The notes under the pieces: generated by a model
The model's database searches: none
What the model saw: the letters and a program-made list of their open reading frames with translations, nothing else
What the model was told of the DNA's origin: nothing
Made by a program: the position numbers and the translations under genes
Shown here: piece by piece, positions 1-9,866 of the stretch
Position numbering within the stretch: position 1 is the stretch's first letter
Layout of the letters: each line of letters starts with the position of its first letter
From: Myxococcota bacterium
GTDB lineage: Bacteria > Myxococcota_A > UBA796 > SXON01
Reading direction: 5' to 3'
DNA length: 64,000 nucleotides
Assembly: GCA_040386535.1 (NCBI GenBank)
Contig: JAZKFH010000038.1
Span: 123,191-187,190 of the forward strand

Positions 1-351
1 GTAGATGACGAAGCCGCGGTCGTACCCGAGGTGCCCGATGTCCCGCCGCAGAATGCGCACGCAGGTCGAGTGGAAGGTGCTCACCCACACCTTCGCGTCC
101 CGCCGGTCGTCTTCCGTCGGGGGCACGAGGTGCTCCACGCGCTCCTTCATCTCCCCGGCGGCCTTGTTCGTGAACGTGACGGCGAGGATGTTCCAGGGGC
201 GGATCCGCTTCTCGTCGATCATGTACGCGATGCGACGTGTCAACACCCGCGTCTTGCCCGAGCCCGCGCCGGCCAGGATGAGGAGTGGACCCTCGGTCGC
301 GACGACCGCCCGCGCCTGCTCCTCGTTGAGCCCCTCGACGTGGCGGCTCAT
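1..351 (-). CDS. pcrA: ATP-dependent DNA helicase PcrA/UvrD, N-terminal part (runs off the left edge)
   Basis: Manual translation from ATG 351: [43 protein letters not shown]...[30 protein letters not shown]. This has the Q motif, Walker A (AGAGSGKT) and TFHS motif of SF1A helicases. ATGA overlap with the glmU stop. Absent from the ORF track because it is truncated. Confidence 0.95.
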   Translation of the reverse strand, partial: MSRHVEGLNEEQARAVVATEGPLLILAGAGSGKTRVLTRRIAYMIDEKRIRPWNILAVTFTNKAAGEMKERVEHLVPPTEDDRRDAKVWVSTFHSTCVRILRRDIGHLGYDRGFVIY

Positions 352-1766
352 CGGTTGGGCTCGGAGGGGTTGGTCCCCGACGGGTTCGTGTCGGAGGGCG
401 CGACCGGCGCGGCCGCGCTCGCTTCCTTGCGGGCCCGGTACCGGGTGCGGAGCTTCTCTGCGAGGTTGGGCGAGTTCTTCTGCGGGGTGCGGGAGAGCGC
501 CACGGCGTCGGCCGGGACGTCGCCCGTGATGGTCGAGCCCGCCCCCACGATCGCCCCCGCGCCGACCGAGACGGGGGCCACGAGCGCGGTGTTCGAGCCG
601 ATGAACGCCCGCGCGCCGATGACGGTCCGATTCTTCGAGAACCCGTCGTAATTGCAGGTGATCGTGCCGGCGCCGATGTTCGCGCCCTCGCCCACGTCGG
701 CGTCCCCCAGGTAGGTCAGGTGGTTCGCCTTGGCGCCCTTCCGGACCACCGCGTTCTTGACCTCGACGAAGTTGCCGACGTGCGCGTTCTCCTCGAGCAC
801 CGCCCCGGGGCGGAGCCGCGCGAAGGGCCCGGCCTGCGCGCCCGGGTGCATCACCGCGCCGGTGGCGATCGAGCTGGCGTGGAGGATCGCGCCCGCCATG
901 ATCGTCGAGTCGTTCACGATGCTGTGCGGGCCGACCATCCCGGCCACGTCCGACCTGCCGGCGAGGATGGCGCCCAGGCCCACGCTCGCGTCCGGGTGGA
1001 GGATGACCCCCACCTCGACCTGCGCGCTGTCGAGGTCCGCAAAATCCACGCCCTGCAGCGCCCACGCGCGGTTGACGCGCCGCCGCAGCACCGCCCGCGC
1101 GTCGGCCAGGGCGGCGCGATCGTTCACGCCGTCGAACAGGGCCCCGTCGAACCCGCTCACGACGGTGGCGCCCTCGTTCACCAGGTCGGTCAGGTAGAAC
1201 TCGCCCTTGGGCGCGTGCGGCTCGAGGGTGGGGAGCTTCTCGCGCAGGTACGCCGCGTCGAACACGTACACGCCGCTGTTGACCTCGCGGATCTCGGCCT
1301 CCTCCTCGGTGCAGTCGGCGTGCTCGACGATGTGGGGGTGGCGCGTTCCGCGGACGATCCGACCGTACCCGGTGGGATCGTGCACGATGAAGCTCGCGAC
1401 GGTCACCGGGGCCATGTGCGCGTGCACCAGCCGCTCGAGGGCCTCGGCGGTCAGCAGCGGCGTGTCCCCGGCGGTGACCAGCACCGGCCCGTGTTCGGGC
1501 AGGAGCGGGAGCGCGGCGCGCAGCGCATCGCCCGTGCCGAGCGGGGCCTCCTGGCGGACGAACCGCACACCGGGGAGGGCCGCGCGCACGGCCTCCTCCT
1601 GGTGGTTGACCACCACGATCACGTCGGCGCCGAGCGACTGGAGGGCGTGCACCACCCAGCCCACCATCGGGCGGCCGAGCAGGGGGTGGAGCACCTTGGC
1701 GAGCGGGGAGCGCATGCGGGTGCCGAGCCCGGCGGCGAGGACCACGGCGGTGAGCGGAGCGGACAT
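348..1766 (-). CDS. glmU: Bifunctional UDP-N-acetylglucosamine pyrophosphorylase / glucosamine-1-phosphate N-acetyltransferase
   Basis: [11 protein letters not shown] nucleotidyltransferase motif, EVNSGVY, EFYLTD, hexapeptide domain with [41 protein letters not shown]. Confidence 0.97.
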   Translation of the reverse strand: MSAPLTAVVLAAGLGTRMRSPLAKVLHPLLGRPMVGWVVHALQSLGADVIVVVNHQEEAVRAALPGVRFVRQEAPLGTGDALRAALPLLPEHGPVLVTAGDTPLLTAEALERLVHAHMAPVTVASFIVHDPTGYGRIVRGTRHPHIVEHADCTEEEAEIREVNSGVYVFDAAYLREKLPTLEPHAPKGEFYLTDLVNEGATVVSGFDGALFDGVNDRAALADARAVLRRRVNRAWALQGVDFADLDSAQVEVGVILHPDASVGLGAILAGRSDVAGMVGPHSIVNDSTIMAGAILHASSIATGAVMHPGAQAGPFARLRPGAVLEENAHVGNFVEVKNAVVRKGAKANHLTYLGDADVGEGANIGAGTITCNYDGFSKNRTVIGARAFIGSNTALVAPVSVGAGAIVGAGSTITGDVPADAVALSRTPQKNSPNLAEKLRTRYRARKEASAAAPVAPSDTNPSGTNPSEPNR

Positions 1767-1835
1767 CACGGGGCCTTAACGCGGGGGGCACGGGGGCTGG
1801 GGGCCGGGCCGGGGTGGGAAGCGGGCGGCGCTCCG

Positions 1836-2600
1836 TCATGGGAGGTGTTCGGCGGGGCCAACCGCGGCGAGCGCGTGGCGGAGGCCGATCTGGCCGAGGA
1901 TGGCCGCTTCCAACGCGGGCACGGGCGACGAGGCGGCGTGGCGGCGCACGGTCCGCACGTCGACCCCCAGGGCCGCCGCAATGTCGAGCTGCCGGCCCTG
2001 CCAGAGCCATACGACCGCCGCCCGCGCCGCGACCACCTCCGGGTCCTTTCCCGCCAGGGAGGGGTGGCCCACGGCGGCGGCCGCGGCGTCGACCGCGAAG
2101 GCCGGATCCCACACAGGCGTGAGCGCGGGCGCACCCAGGATCTCGAGCAGCCGGCGGCGGCGCAGCCGGGGCACGGCCTCCCGCACGGCGCCGACGAGCC
2201 ACCCCCCGCCCACCCGCAAGCCGAGCAGCTCGGGGAGGTTGCTCGCGTCGTGAAGCGGGTCTGCTGTGGCGCCGTGGTGCTCCTGGTTTCGCAGCACGTA
2301 GTCGACCACGTTCTCCAGGTGCGGCTGGTCCCTGATCTCGACGAGGTGCGCGGGCGCAAAGCGCGCGGGGAGGCACAGCCGCCGCCGCAGCGCCACCTCG
2401 AGATCGTGGGCGAACCGGCCGGCGCGCTCGCGCGAGCAGAGCAGGACCACGTGCAGGTGGGAGTCGGGGAGCCGGAACACGAGCAGCCCCGCGGTGCGCC
2501 CGAGCGTGCGAACGACGCGCGCGAGCGCTCGGCGGGCGGGAACGGAGGGCGCGATGGGGCGCCCGTCCGCGAGGCGGACGATGACCTGGTATCCGAGCAT
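1836..2600 (-). mobile_element. CDS: REP-associated tyrosine transposase (RAYT / Y1 HUH endonuclease) with C-terminal helix-turn-helix
   Basis: From ATG 2600: N-terminal YQVIVR strand, HUH motif (PDSHLHVVL), catalytic-Tyr-like helix [12 protein letters not shown] (cf. YIxxNP in RAYTs), C-terminal HTH ([18 protein letters not shown]). GC-rich third codon positions. A palindrome array lies immediately upstream. Confidence 0.75.
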
Positions 2601-2716
2601 GACGGCGGAAGGTACGCGCGGCTGGCGACGTGACAAGGGGCTTTCTACGCGCACTGTCACGTTGGTTGCGCGATCCGCGCCGCGCCGGGATCGTGGCGGC
2701 GTGGCGCCGTCGGAAG

Positions 2717-2887
2717 CGGACAATTGGTCGGCACTCGAATCGAGCGCGCGACGTTTGTCCGGTCCCGCGGCGGGCGACCGGACAATTGTTGCTCGCGACG
2801 AACCGAGCGCGGCACCTTTGTCCGGTGCCGGCGGTGGGACCGGACAAATCGGGGGCGCTCGCTCCGAGCGGACGACCTTTGTCCGGT
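2717..2887. repeat. Array of alternating inverted motifs (ACCGGACAA / TTTGTCCGGT), period about 62 bp, REP/BIME-like
   Basis: TTTGTCCGGT at 2754, 2817, 2878; (AC)CGGACAA at 2717, 2777, 2839. Adjacent motifs can pair into hairpins. Confidence 0.85.
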
Positions 2888-2919
2888 GCTGTCGGCCCCG
2901 CGCCCCTTGCCCTTCGCGG

Positions 2920-3580
2920 GGTGCGGGCGGCCCGGCGCCGCGGACGGCGCCGTCGGGTCGGCTCCAGGCGCGCTTCGCTTGGTTCGTCCGCGCGCGGCGC
3001 GCGGCCGGAACCGGCCGGGCGAGGCGCCCGGCCGCCTTCCGCGCCCCTGCCGCGGGTGGGGGTTGGGCGGCGAGCCTCACAACTCGGGACCTGACGGCCC
3101 CCATCTTGACCACCCCGATTCCGAGACGAGCGTTCTACGCTGTCTTTCGCTCGGCCTGTAGTGCAAACCAACTGGCGGGTGATTCAGTCTCAGGCGTAAA
3201 TCGGGGTCAGAGGGATGCTGTCGGGCTCGACGAGATGGGTACAGGAAAGGCGCGTTGAAAGAGCCTTCTGTGGCGGGGAAGCGCGGACGAGCTGGTGGAT
3301 CGCCGGTCCCCCCGCGCCCTGCGAGCGAACGAGTTGCACGGAGGCGACGGCTTCGAGCGCCTTCGCGCCCGTCATTTCGTGATTCGGACGGTGGTCAAGA
3401 TGGGGCCGCTCAGGTGGCGACTTGCGGGACGCCGAGCCCCACCCCCACCCGCGTGAGGCGCCTGCAGGGCGGCCCCGCTGCGGGGCCGGTCCCGGCCCCG
3501 CTCGCCCGGGAGCGGGGGCGGACCGAGCGCAGCGAGCCCGCAAGGGGCCGACCCCCGGCGCCTCGCCGGGGGGCGGCCCA
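2920..3580. repeat. Large composite inverted-repeat element: reverse GC-rich arm, 16-bp inverted repeat pair, forward GC-rich arm
   Basis: Arm motif reversed at 3007-3056 and forward at about 3448-3495. Perfect IR CCCCATCTTGACCACC (3099-3114) / GGTGGTCAAGATGGGG (3390-3405) within longer imperfect complementarity. Confidence 0.75.
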
Positions 3581-3652
3581 TCCTGCGCACCGCCGGCGAA
3601 ACGTGGTCCCCGACCCCCGTCGCGGCTTAGATTCCCTGCTCCCGAGGCTCCC

Positions 3653-4378
3653 ATGTCCCGCCCCACCGCCCCGAGTGCCGCCCCGAGTGCCCCCGAGAGT
3701 GCCCCCCAGAAGCGTGTCGCCGTGCTCCTCGCCGGGTGCGGCTACCTCGACGGCGCCGAGATCGCCGAGGCCGTGCTCTCGTTGCTCGCGCTCGATCGCG
3801 CGGGCGCCGCGGTGCAGTGCGCCGCGCCCGACAAGCCGCAGCACCACGTGATCGACCACGTCACCGGCGAGCCCACCGGCGAGTCGCGCAACGTGCTCAC
3901 CGAGGCCGCTCGCATCGCGCGGGGGCGGATCGTGGCGGTCAGCGAGATCCGCGCCGCCGACTTCGACGCCGTGTTCCTCCCGGGCGGGTTCGGCGCCGCG
4001 AAGAACCTCTCCACCGTCGCGTTCGACGGCGCGAAGGCCACGGTCGACCCCGAGGTGGCCCGCGTGATCCGCGAGTTCCGCGCCGCCGGCAAGCCCATCG
4101 GCGCCGTGTGCATCGCGCCGGCCGTGGTGGTGGCGGTGCTCCGCGAGGGCACGGTGACCATCGGCGACGACGCCGACACCGCCGCCGCGATCGTGGCGAT
4201 GGGCGGGACGAACATCGCGTGCACGGTCACCGAGGTGCACGTGGATCGCAAGCGCCGCGTCGTCACGGCGCCCGCCTACATGTACGGTGATGCGCGGATC
4301 TCGAACGTCGCCGCGGGCATCGACAAGGCGGTCGCCGCCATGCTCGAGCTCGTCGGCCAGCCCCCGGAGCTCACATGA
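3653..4378 (+). CDS. elbB: ES1/ElbB family glyoxalase (DJ-1/PfpI superfamily)
   Basis: KRVAVLLAGCGYLDGAEIAE, RNVLTEAARIARG, PGGFGAAKNLS, GAVCIAP, TAPAYM. Confidence 0.92.
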   Translation: MSRPTAPSAAPSAPESAPQKRVAVLLAGCGYLDGAEIAEAVLSLLALDRAGAAVQCAAPDKPQHHVIDHVTGEPTGESRNVLTEAARIARGRIVAVSEIRAADFDAVFLPGGFGAAKNLSTVAFDGAKATVDPEVARVIREFRAAGKPIGAVCIAPAVVVAVLREGTVTIGDDADTAAAIVAMGGTNIACTVTEVHVDRKRRVVTAPAYMYGDARISNVAAGIDKAVAAMLELVGQPPELT

Positions 4379-5103
4379 AGAAGCGCCTCGAAGGCAAGGT
4401 CGTCTGCATCACCGGCGCGGGGCGCGGGCTCGGGAAGGCGCTCGCGGAGCGGTTCTCCGCCGAGGGCGCGTCGCTCGTGCTCGCCGCGCGCACCACCCCC
4501 GAGATCGACGAGCTCGCGCGCTCCTTGGGTGACGCGATTGCCGTCCAGACGGACGTGCGCAGCTCCAACGAGTGCCACCGCCTCGTGGACGCGGCGATGG
4601 CCGAGTACGACCGGCTCGACATCATGATCAACAACGCGGGCCTCGCGATCTACGGCCCGGTCGACACGCCGAGCGAGAACGACATCGACCTGATGGTCGA
4701 CACGAACGTGAAGGGCGTGATCCACGGCTCGATCGCGGCGTTCAAGGTGATGAAGCTGCAGCGCAGCGGCCTCATCGTCAACATCAGCTCGATCGCGGGC
4801 AAGCTGCACCTGCCGAACGAGGCCGTGTACAACGCGACGAAGTGGGCGGTGAACGGGTTCACCGGGACGCTGCGGCTCGAAGCGGCGGCGTACGACGTGA
4901 AGGTCACGACGGTGTGCCCCGGCGGCATCGACACGCCGTTCTGGCGGGCGATGGACTACTACCCGTTCCCCGACCACATCGACCCGGCGCGCGACTTCAT
5001 GAAGCCCGAGGAGGTCGCCGAGAGCGTGGTCGAGCTGGCGCTCAAGTCCGACCGCTACGTGGTGCCCGAGCTCGTGATGGTGCCGCTGATCGCGGCGCGG
5101 TAG
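4375..5103 (+). CDS. Short-chain dehydrogenase/reductase
   Basis: TGAGRGLG, NNAG, NISSIAG, YNATK (YxxxK). ATGA overlap with elbB. Confidence 0.93.
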   Translation: MKKRLEGKVVCITGAGRGLGKALAERFSAEGASLVLAARTTPEIDELARSLGDAIAVQTDVRSSNECHRLVDAAMAEYDRLDIMINNAGLAIYGPVDTPSENDIDLMVDTNVKGVIHGSIAAFKVMKLQRSGLIVNISSIAGKLHLPNEAVYNATKWAVNGFTGTLRLEAAAYDVKVTTVCPGGIDTPFWRAMDYYPFPDHIDPARDFMKPEEVAESVVELALKSDRYVVPELVMVPLIAAR

Positions 5104-6071
5104 CGGCGTCGACGGACGCCCAGCGCGCCGAGCAGAATCAGCACGACGCCCGCTTCTCCGTTGGCGCCGCATCCGCAGCTCCGCGGCGCCACGACCTCCA
5201 CCGCCGGTGCCACCACCTCGGGAGCGACCGCAAGCGGCGGCGTCGCTTCGGCCACCGCCACCCAGTTCTCTGGGTAGGGCGCCAGCCGGAGCGCGAGCGG
5301 GCCGCCCGGCGCCTCGTGGGCCCGCCCGGCGTCGTCGAGCACCGCCACGGTGACGTCGTAGACGCCCCCCTTCGTGACCGACCCCCCGCCGCACCCGCCG
5401 GGCTCCAGCGAGATGAGATCGCGGTCCGGCATGGACGCGAGCGTGCGGAGGTGCTCGCCGTCCGCGCCGCGCCAGTCCACCTGGAGCCACGGGTGGACCC
5501 CGCCGCGCACGAGCGGGACCGTGAGGAGGAGCCGGGGCGGTAGGAACCCGTAGTCGTGCATGGGGCGGAGCACGGGGGGCCCCGTCCACCACTCGTGCGA
5601 GGCGGCGGGTGCGGTGCCGACCTCCCAACGCGGGTCGTCGGACGCGTTGAGGCTGACCGGCGGGGCGCCCGCTTCCCGAAGGAACAGGTCACTTCGACAA
5701 CCCAGGTAGCGGAGGGTGTCGCGGAACCCCGGCACGTCCAGCCGCACCTCGCCCCCGGGCGGGAGCGGCTCGTCCGCCCGGAGGGTGATGACGGCCTGAT
5801 TGCCGTCGCACAACAGCTCCGACCGCAGCGGGATGCGCCGCGAACCCGCCACGATCACGCTGGAGCGCAGCGCCACCTCGATGAACCGCTCGTTCGAGTG
5901 CCGCGGCACGAAGAGCACGAACCACGCGTCGGTGGGGATGTCCGCCTCCTGGCCGCACGGGATCGGCGGGGGGAACACCATGACCGCGCTCGCGCCGGGG
6001 GCGTCGGGGTCCGACATCGACGTCGCCGCGGCGAGCGGGAGCCAACGGAGGGCGAGCGGGAGCAGGGGCAT
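5055..6071 (-). CDS. Exported protein with MYXO-CTERM-like sorting tail
   Basis: Signal-peptide-like start MPLLPLALRWLPLAAA; C-terminal SCGCG, hydrophobic stretch, RRRR. The stop overlaps the end of the convergent SDR. Confidence 0.7.
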   Translation of the reverse strand: MPLLPLALRWLPLAAATSMSDPDAPGASAVMVFPPPIPCGQEADIPTDAWFVLFVPRHSNERFIEVALRSSVIVAGSRRIPLRSELLCDGNQAVITLRADEPLPPGGEVRLDVPGFRDTLRYLGCRSDLFLREAGAPPVSLNASDDPRWEVGTAPAASHEWWTGPPVLRPMHDYGFLPPRLLLTVPLVRGGVHPWLQVDWRGADGEHLRTLASMPDRDLISLEPGGCGGGSVTKGGVYDVTVAVLDDAGRAHEAPGGPLALRLAPYPENWVAVAEATPPLAVAPEVVAPAVEVVAPRSCGCGANGEAGVVLILLGALGVRRRRYRAAISGTITSSGTT

Positions 6072-6093
6072 CCGGTCCTCCGCGCGTGCACGA

Positions 6094-6402
6094 TCAGTCC
6101 GCGTCCAACTCCCCCAGGATCCGCGTCCGCATCTGCTCCTCCCGCCGCTGCCCACGCTCCTTGGCGCGCGCGGCCTCCTCCTCGCGGGTGCGGGGCGCGC
6201 CGATCGTGATGAGCTGGTCGCGCACGAGCCCGCGCGTGATGTCCGCGATCTGCGCCACGGCGTGGTCGAAGGCGGCCTGGTTGGCCTTGGACGGCTGCGT
6301 GGTGCCCGACACCTTGCGCACGTACTGGAGCGCGGCGGCGGTGATCTCGTCGTCCGTGGCGGGCGGCTCGAAGTTGAAGAGCATCTTGATGTTGCGACAC
6401 AT
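6094..6402 (-). CDS. DUF2277 family protein
   Basis: Characteristic MCRNIKxLFNFEPPATDDEIxAAALQYVRKVSG. Confidence 0.9.
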   Translation of the reverse strand: MCRNIKMLFNFEPPATDDEITAAALQYVRKVSGTTQPSKANQAAFDHAVAQIADITRGLVRDQLITIGAPRTREEEAARAKERGQRREEQMRTRILGELDAD

Positions 6403-6423
6403 GGGGGAGCTCCTCGAGGGCGA

Positions 6424-6876
6424 TCAGGTGTAGTCGCGGCCCTTCACGGTCTTGCGGCCGTCGGCCCGGGCGCGGTCGATCGCGCGGTCGGTGTGGACGC
6501 GGACGATCTCCGAGAGCGCCTCGAGCACGTCCGCGGCGGTGTTCATGTCGGCGCGGTCGGTGATGTACTGCTTCAGACGCGAGGCCACGATCAGCACGTC
6601 GTCCGAGGAGGGGGCGGCCGCGGCCGTGGGGGAGGAGACGATGCGGCGGCGCGGCTCGGCGTCGACGGCGGGCGGCTCGGCGGTGAGCGGGGCGCGTTGC
6701 TCGGTGCACCACGCGTCCCGATGGTTCATCGCGGGCACGTGCGAGTCCCAGCAGCCCACGCTGCAGAAGACGTAGGGCACGCGGGTGCGGTTGCAGGTGG
6801 AGACGGAGCACGCGTAGTACTTGCCACCCAGGAGGATGGGCTTCTTGCACGCGCTGCAGGGACGCCAGGTGTTCAT
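6424..6876 (-). CDS. Bacterial histone-fold protein with N-terminal Cys/His zinc-finger domain (ZZ-histone-like)
   Basis: N-terminus CSAC..CSVSTC..FCSVGCWDSH..H...WC; C-terminal ~58 aa VLIVASRLKQYITDRADMNTAADVLEALSEIVR...AIDRARADGRKTVKGRD carrying the RKTVxxxD histone-fold signature, like Bdellovibrio Bd0055. Confidence 0.9.
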   Translation of the reverse strand: MNTWRPCSACKKPILLGGKYYACSVSTCNRTRVPYVFCSVGCWDSHVPAMNHRDAWCTEQRAPLTAEPPAVDAEPRRRIVSSPTAAAAPSSDDVLIVASRLKQYITDRADMNTAADVLEALSEIVRVHTDRAIDRARADGRKTVKGRDYT

Positions 6877-7487
6877 CGGAGGGGCTTATCCCCCCGCCGC
6901 CCGATGGCACGGGCCGGGACGCCCGCCACGATGTCGCCCGGCGCCACGTCCCGTGTCACCACCGCGCCCATGCCGACGACCGCGCCGTCGCCGATCGTGA
7001 CCCCGTCGGTGATGCCGACGTTGGCGCCGATCCAAACGTCGGCGCCGATGGTGATGCCCCGGGAGCGCACGGGCTGCTCGCGGATGGGGGTGCCCGCGGC
7101 CATGCCGTGGTCGAAGGCGTAGATCGTGCAGCCGGTGGCGATGCGGGTGCCGTCCCCGATGCGGACCCCGGCGCGGCCGCCGTCGATTGTCACACGCGGA
7201 TTCAGTGTCACGTTTCGGCCCAACGTGACAGGGCCGTGCACGAAGGCCTCGGCGGCGATTGACGCACCCTCTCCCACCACCACCTCGCGGTGCGGCTCCG
7301 CGAAGAGGTGGGCGGACGGCGCCACGAAACAATCGGGATGGAGCACCACACGCTCGAGCGCCACGAGCGTGGCATGCACCTCGGCCTGCCACGCCCGGGC
7401 CCAGGCGCGGTCGGCGTCCTTGAGCTGGAAGTAGAGCCACGGCATCCACGCCATGCGCTCGCGATGTTGGGCGCGTCGAGCTTCCAT
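6873..7487 (-). CDS. Left-handed beta-helix (hexapeptide repeat) acyltransferase
   Basis: VRIGDGTRIA, YAFDHG, ITIGADVWIGANVGITDGVTIGDGAVVGMGAVVTRDV, AGVPARAI. ATGA overlap with the histone gene. Confidence 0.9.
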   Translation of the reverse strand: MEARRAQHRERMAWMPWLYFQLKDADRAWARAWQAEVHATLVALERVVLHPDCFVAPSAHLFAEPHREVVVGEGASIAAEAFVHGPVTLGRNVTLNPRVTIDGGRAGVRIGDGTRIATGCTIYAFDHGMAAGTPIREQPVRSRGITIGADVWIGANVGITDGVTIGDGAVVGMGAVVTRDVAPGDIVAGVPARAIGRRGDKPLR

Positions 7488-7594
7488 GGGGCGGTTTAGC
7501 CCGGGCCATGCGCGTTCGCTCCGCGGAGGCAATTGTTGCGCCGTTGAGCGCCCACCAGAAAACGCGGCTATCGTCGGAGACCCCCGGACTTCCC

Positions 7595-8479
7595 ATGCCC
7601 CGCGCCTGGCTCCTCTTGTTGCCTCTCCTCGCCGGTTGCCCCAGCGAGGAGACCCTCTGCGACCCCTCGACCGAGACCGGGATCACCGGCGCGTGCGAGG
7701 AGTCCGAGCTGGCGATCATGGCCCTCTCCGAGACCGAGCTGGACTTCGGCGACGTGGCACCCGGGGAGGTGATCACGCGGACAGTCGACATCGTGAACGA
7801 CGGCGCCTTCCCCCTCGGCGTCTCCTCCCTCGAGATCGGCGACGTGACGGTCGACTTCGCGGTCACCTACGACCTCGACACCGCCACGTGCGCTCGGGTG
7901 CCCGACGCCGCCGATGCCGACAACTACGTGTTCGTCCTCGATCCCGGCTGCGCGTTCCCCGTGACCGTCACGTACACGGCGACCTCCCCCGGCGAGGTGT
8001 GGGACGCCCTCCTCGTCCGGAGCAACTGGCACATGGACCCGGTGACCAGCGGGTTCCAGGGCGATCTCGTCCACGGGCAGCGCGTGGTGTGGCTGCGCGG
8101 CGCCACGGACGGCGAGCCCGAGAGCGACACGTCGTACATCATCGGGAACGTCCTCTGGATGGAACAGACCGCGGTGCTCGAGGGCGAGACCATGCGGATG
8201 GGCGTCCGGGGCTACACTCCCGTCGGGAGTCCGATCGTGTACGAATGGTTGGCGGACGAAGGCGGCGGCACGTTTGTCGATCAGCACCTCGCCGAGGTGG
8301 AGTACACCGCTCCGGCTGTCGAAGGCATTGGCAAGAAGATGAATGTCTACGCCGTCACCTTCGACGAAAACGGCAACCAGGACTGGGTCTTCGGGAGTGT
8401 CGCCGTGTGGAACGAGGCCGCGCCACTCTACGGGGAGTGCCCCGACGCGGAGCCCGTGGACGAGGCCTGCGCGGAGTAG
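7595..8479 (+). CDS. Lipoprotein with Ig-like (choice-of-anchor D / ASH-like) domain
   Basis: Lipobox LLAGC; LDFGDVAPG..TRTVDIVNDG..PL and LDPGCAFPVTVTY patterns; acidic composition. Confidence 0.7.
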   Translation: MPRAWLLLLPLLAGCPSEETLCDPSTETGITGACEESELAIMALSETELDFGDVAPGEVITRTVDIVNDGAFPLGVSSLEIGDVTVDFAVTYDLDTATCARVPDAADADNYVFVLDPGCAFPVTVTYTATSPGEVWDALLVRSNWHMDPVTSGFQGDLVHGQRVVWLRGATDGEPESDTSYIIGNVLWMEQTAVLEGETMRMGVRGYTPVGSPIVYEWLADEGGGTFVDQHLAEVEYTAPAVEGIGKKMNVYAVTFDENGNQDWVFGSVAVWNEAAPLYGECPDAEPVDEACAE

Positions 8480-8522
8480 CTGGGGCGCCACCTCCCCTCG
8501 CGACGATCAGCCGCCCACCCCA

Positions 8523-9866
8523 TCAGCCGCCCACCACCGCGCGGCGGATCCGCTCTTCCGTCGACACCGGCTCGCTGCCGGGGCCCGCGAGCGGTGTGAA
8601 CGCGGGGAAGCCCGCCGTGCGTCGGCCAGCGGCGTCCACCTGTCCGGGCCGGATGTCCGCGGCGCGCGCCGGCGCCAGCAAGGGATCGGGGCCGCTGGAT
8701 TGGGGGGCGATGGGTCGCCGTGCGGCGGGCGCGCGTGCCAGGGCGGCGGCGCTCGGGCCGGTCATCCCGGTGGCACGGGAGAACTGATCGGCCGCGCCGT
8801 TTGCCGCATCCACGGTGTGGGCGGCGATGTTGCTCGCGGCGGCGGCGGGGAGCACGAGCGCGGTGGCGGTGCGGCCGACGACCGGCGCAGCGCGGGGGTA
8901 GCGGCCGGCGAGCTGGGTCTCGAGGTCACGGCCGGTGTCCGCCGCCCACTCGGAGCCGCCCCGCTGCTCGCCCAGCCAGCCCTGTCGGCGGGTCGCGGCG
9001 TCGTCACCGGCGCCCTCGATGGCGTAGTTGCCGACCGCGCTCACCACGGCGCCCGGGGGCCCCGCCGCCGCGCCCAGGGTGCGCAGCACGCCCTGCGCGG
9101 TGCGCACGGTGCCGGCCTGCATCTGGTCGGGGTCAGAGGTGTGGGTGGCGATCTGGTTGATGCCGCGCGCGGTGTCGATGCCGCCGCGCACGCCGTCGAG
9201 CACGCGCGCGCCGGTGCCGAGGTGGCCCGCGGCCCGGCCCAACTGCCCCGCGGCGCCCCCGGTCTCGGCGGTGACGGCGGCGCCCCCGTTGACGACGGCG
9301 GCGGCGCGCCCGAGCACGTCGCGACCCGCGGTGGTGACACCACGCGCCCCCTGGGCCATCTCGCTCCCTGCCGCCAGCCGCTCGTCCGCGTTGGTGGCCC
9401 GGGAGAACGCTTCGCGCCCGGCGTTGGCCTGCATCACGCCCGCGGCGCCGCCGAGCACGGAGCCCGCGTTGCCGAGGTGGGCGCTGGCCCGGTTCGTGTC
9501 CCCATGGTTCGCCCACGTCGCCGCGCTCGACGCGTTGCCGAGCAGCTCTCCGGCGCCGGAGACCGCCGCGCGACCGTCGTTCTCGGAGCGCCCGCGCACG
9601 CCGTCCACCACGGCGCCCGCATTGCTCGCCACGTCGCGGGTGGTGGACACCACGTCGCGCGTGTCACGGCCCACGCCGAGCAGGCGCCCGAGCTCTTCAC
9701 GGCGCGACGTGTGGGACGTGAGCGGCGGGCCCGCGGCCGGCGTCGCGGCGCGCACGCGCTCCTGCATCACCTCGTTCGAGACAGCCGCCCGCGGGGCGAT
9801 CGGGGCTGGGGCGGACACGGTCGGGCGGGCCACCTGCGTCGGCAGGCGTTGTTGCTGGGTTCCCAT
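8523..9866 (-). CDS. Hypothetical Ala/Gly-rich protein
   Basis: GC-rich third positions; SD-like GGAG ahead of ATG 9866; no recognised domain. Confidence 0.6.
   Translation of the reverse strand: MGTQQQRLPTQVARPTVSAPAPIAPRAAVSNEVMQERVRAATPAAGPPLTSHTSRREELGRLLGVGRDTRDVVSTTRDVASNAGAVVDGVRGRSENDGRAAVSGAGELLGNASSAATWANHGDTNRASAHLGNAGSVLGGAAGVMQANAGREAFSRATNADERLAAGSEMAQGARGVTTAGRDVLGRAAAVVNGGAAVTAETGGAAGQLGRAAGHLGTGARVLDGVRGGIDTARGINQIATHTSDPDQMQAGTVRTAQGVLRTLGAAAGPPGAVVSAVGNYAIEGAGDDAATRRQGWLGEQRGGSEWAADTGRDLETQLAGRYPRAAPVVGRTATALVLPAAAASNIAAHTVDAANGAADQFSRATGMTGPSAAALARAPAARRPIAPQSSGPDPLLAPARAADIRPGQVDAAGRRTAGFPAFTPLAGPGSEPVSTEERIRRAVVGG

Noticed and set aside
5..651. Plus-strand ORFs 5..529 and 31..651
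   Set aside because: Antisense to pcrA and glmU.
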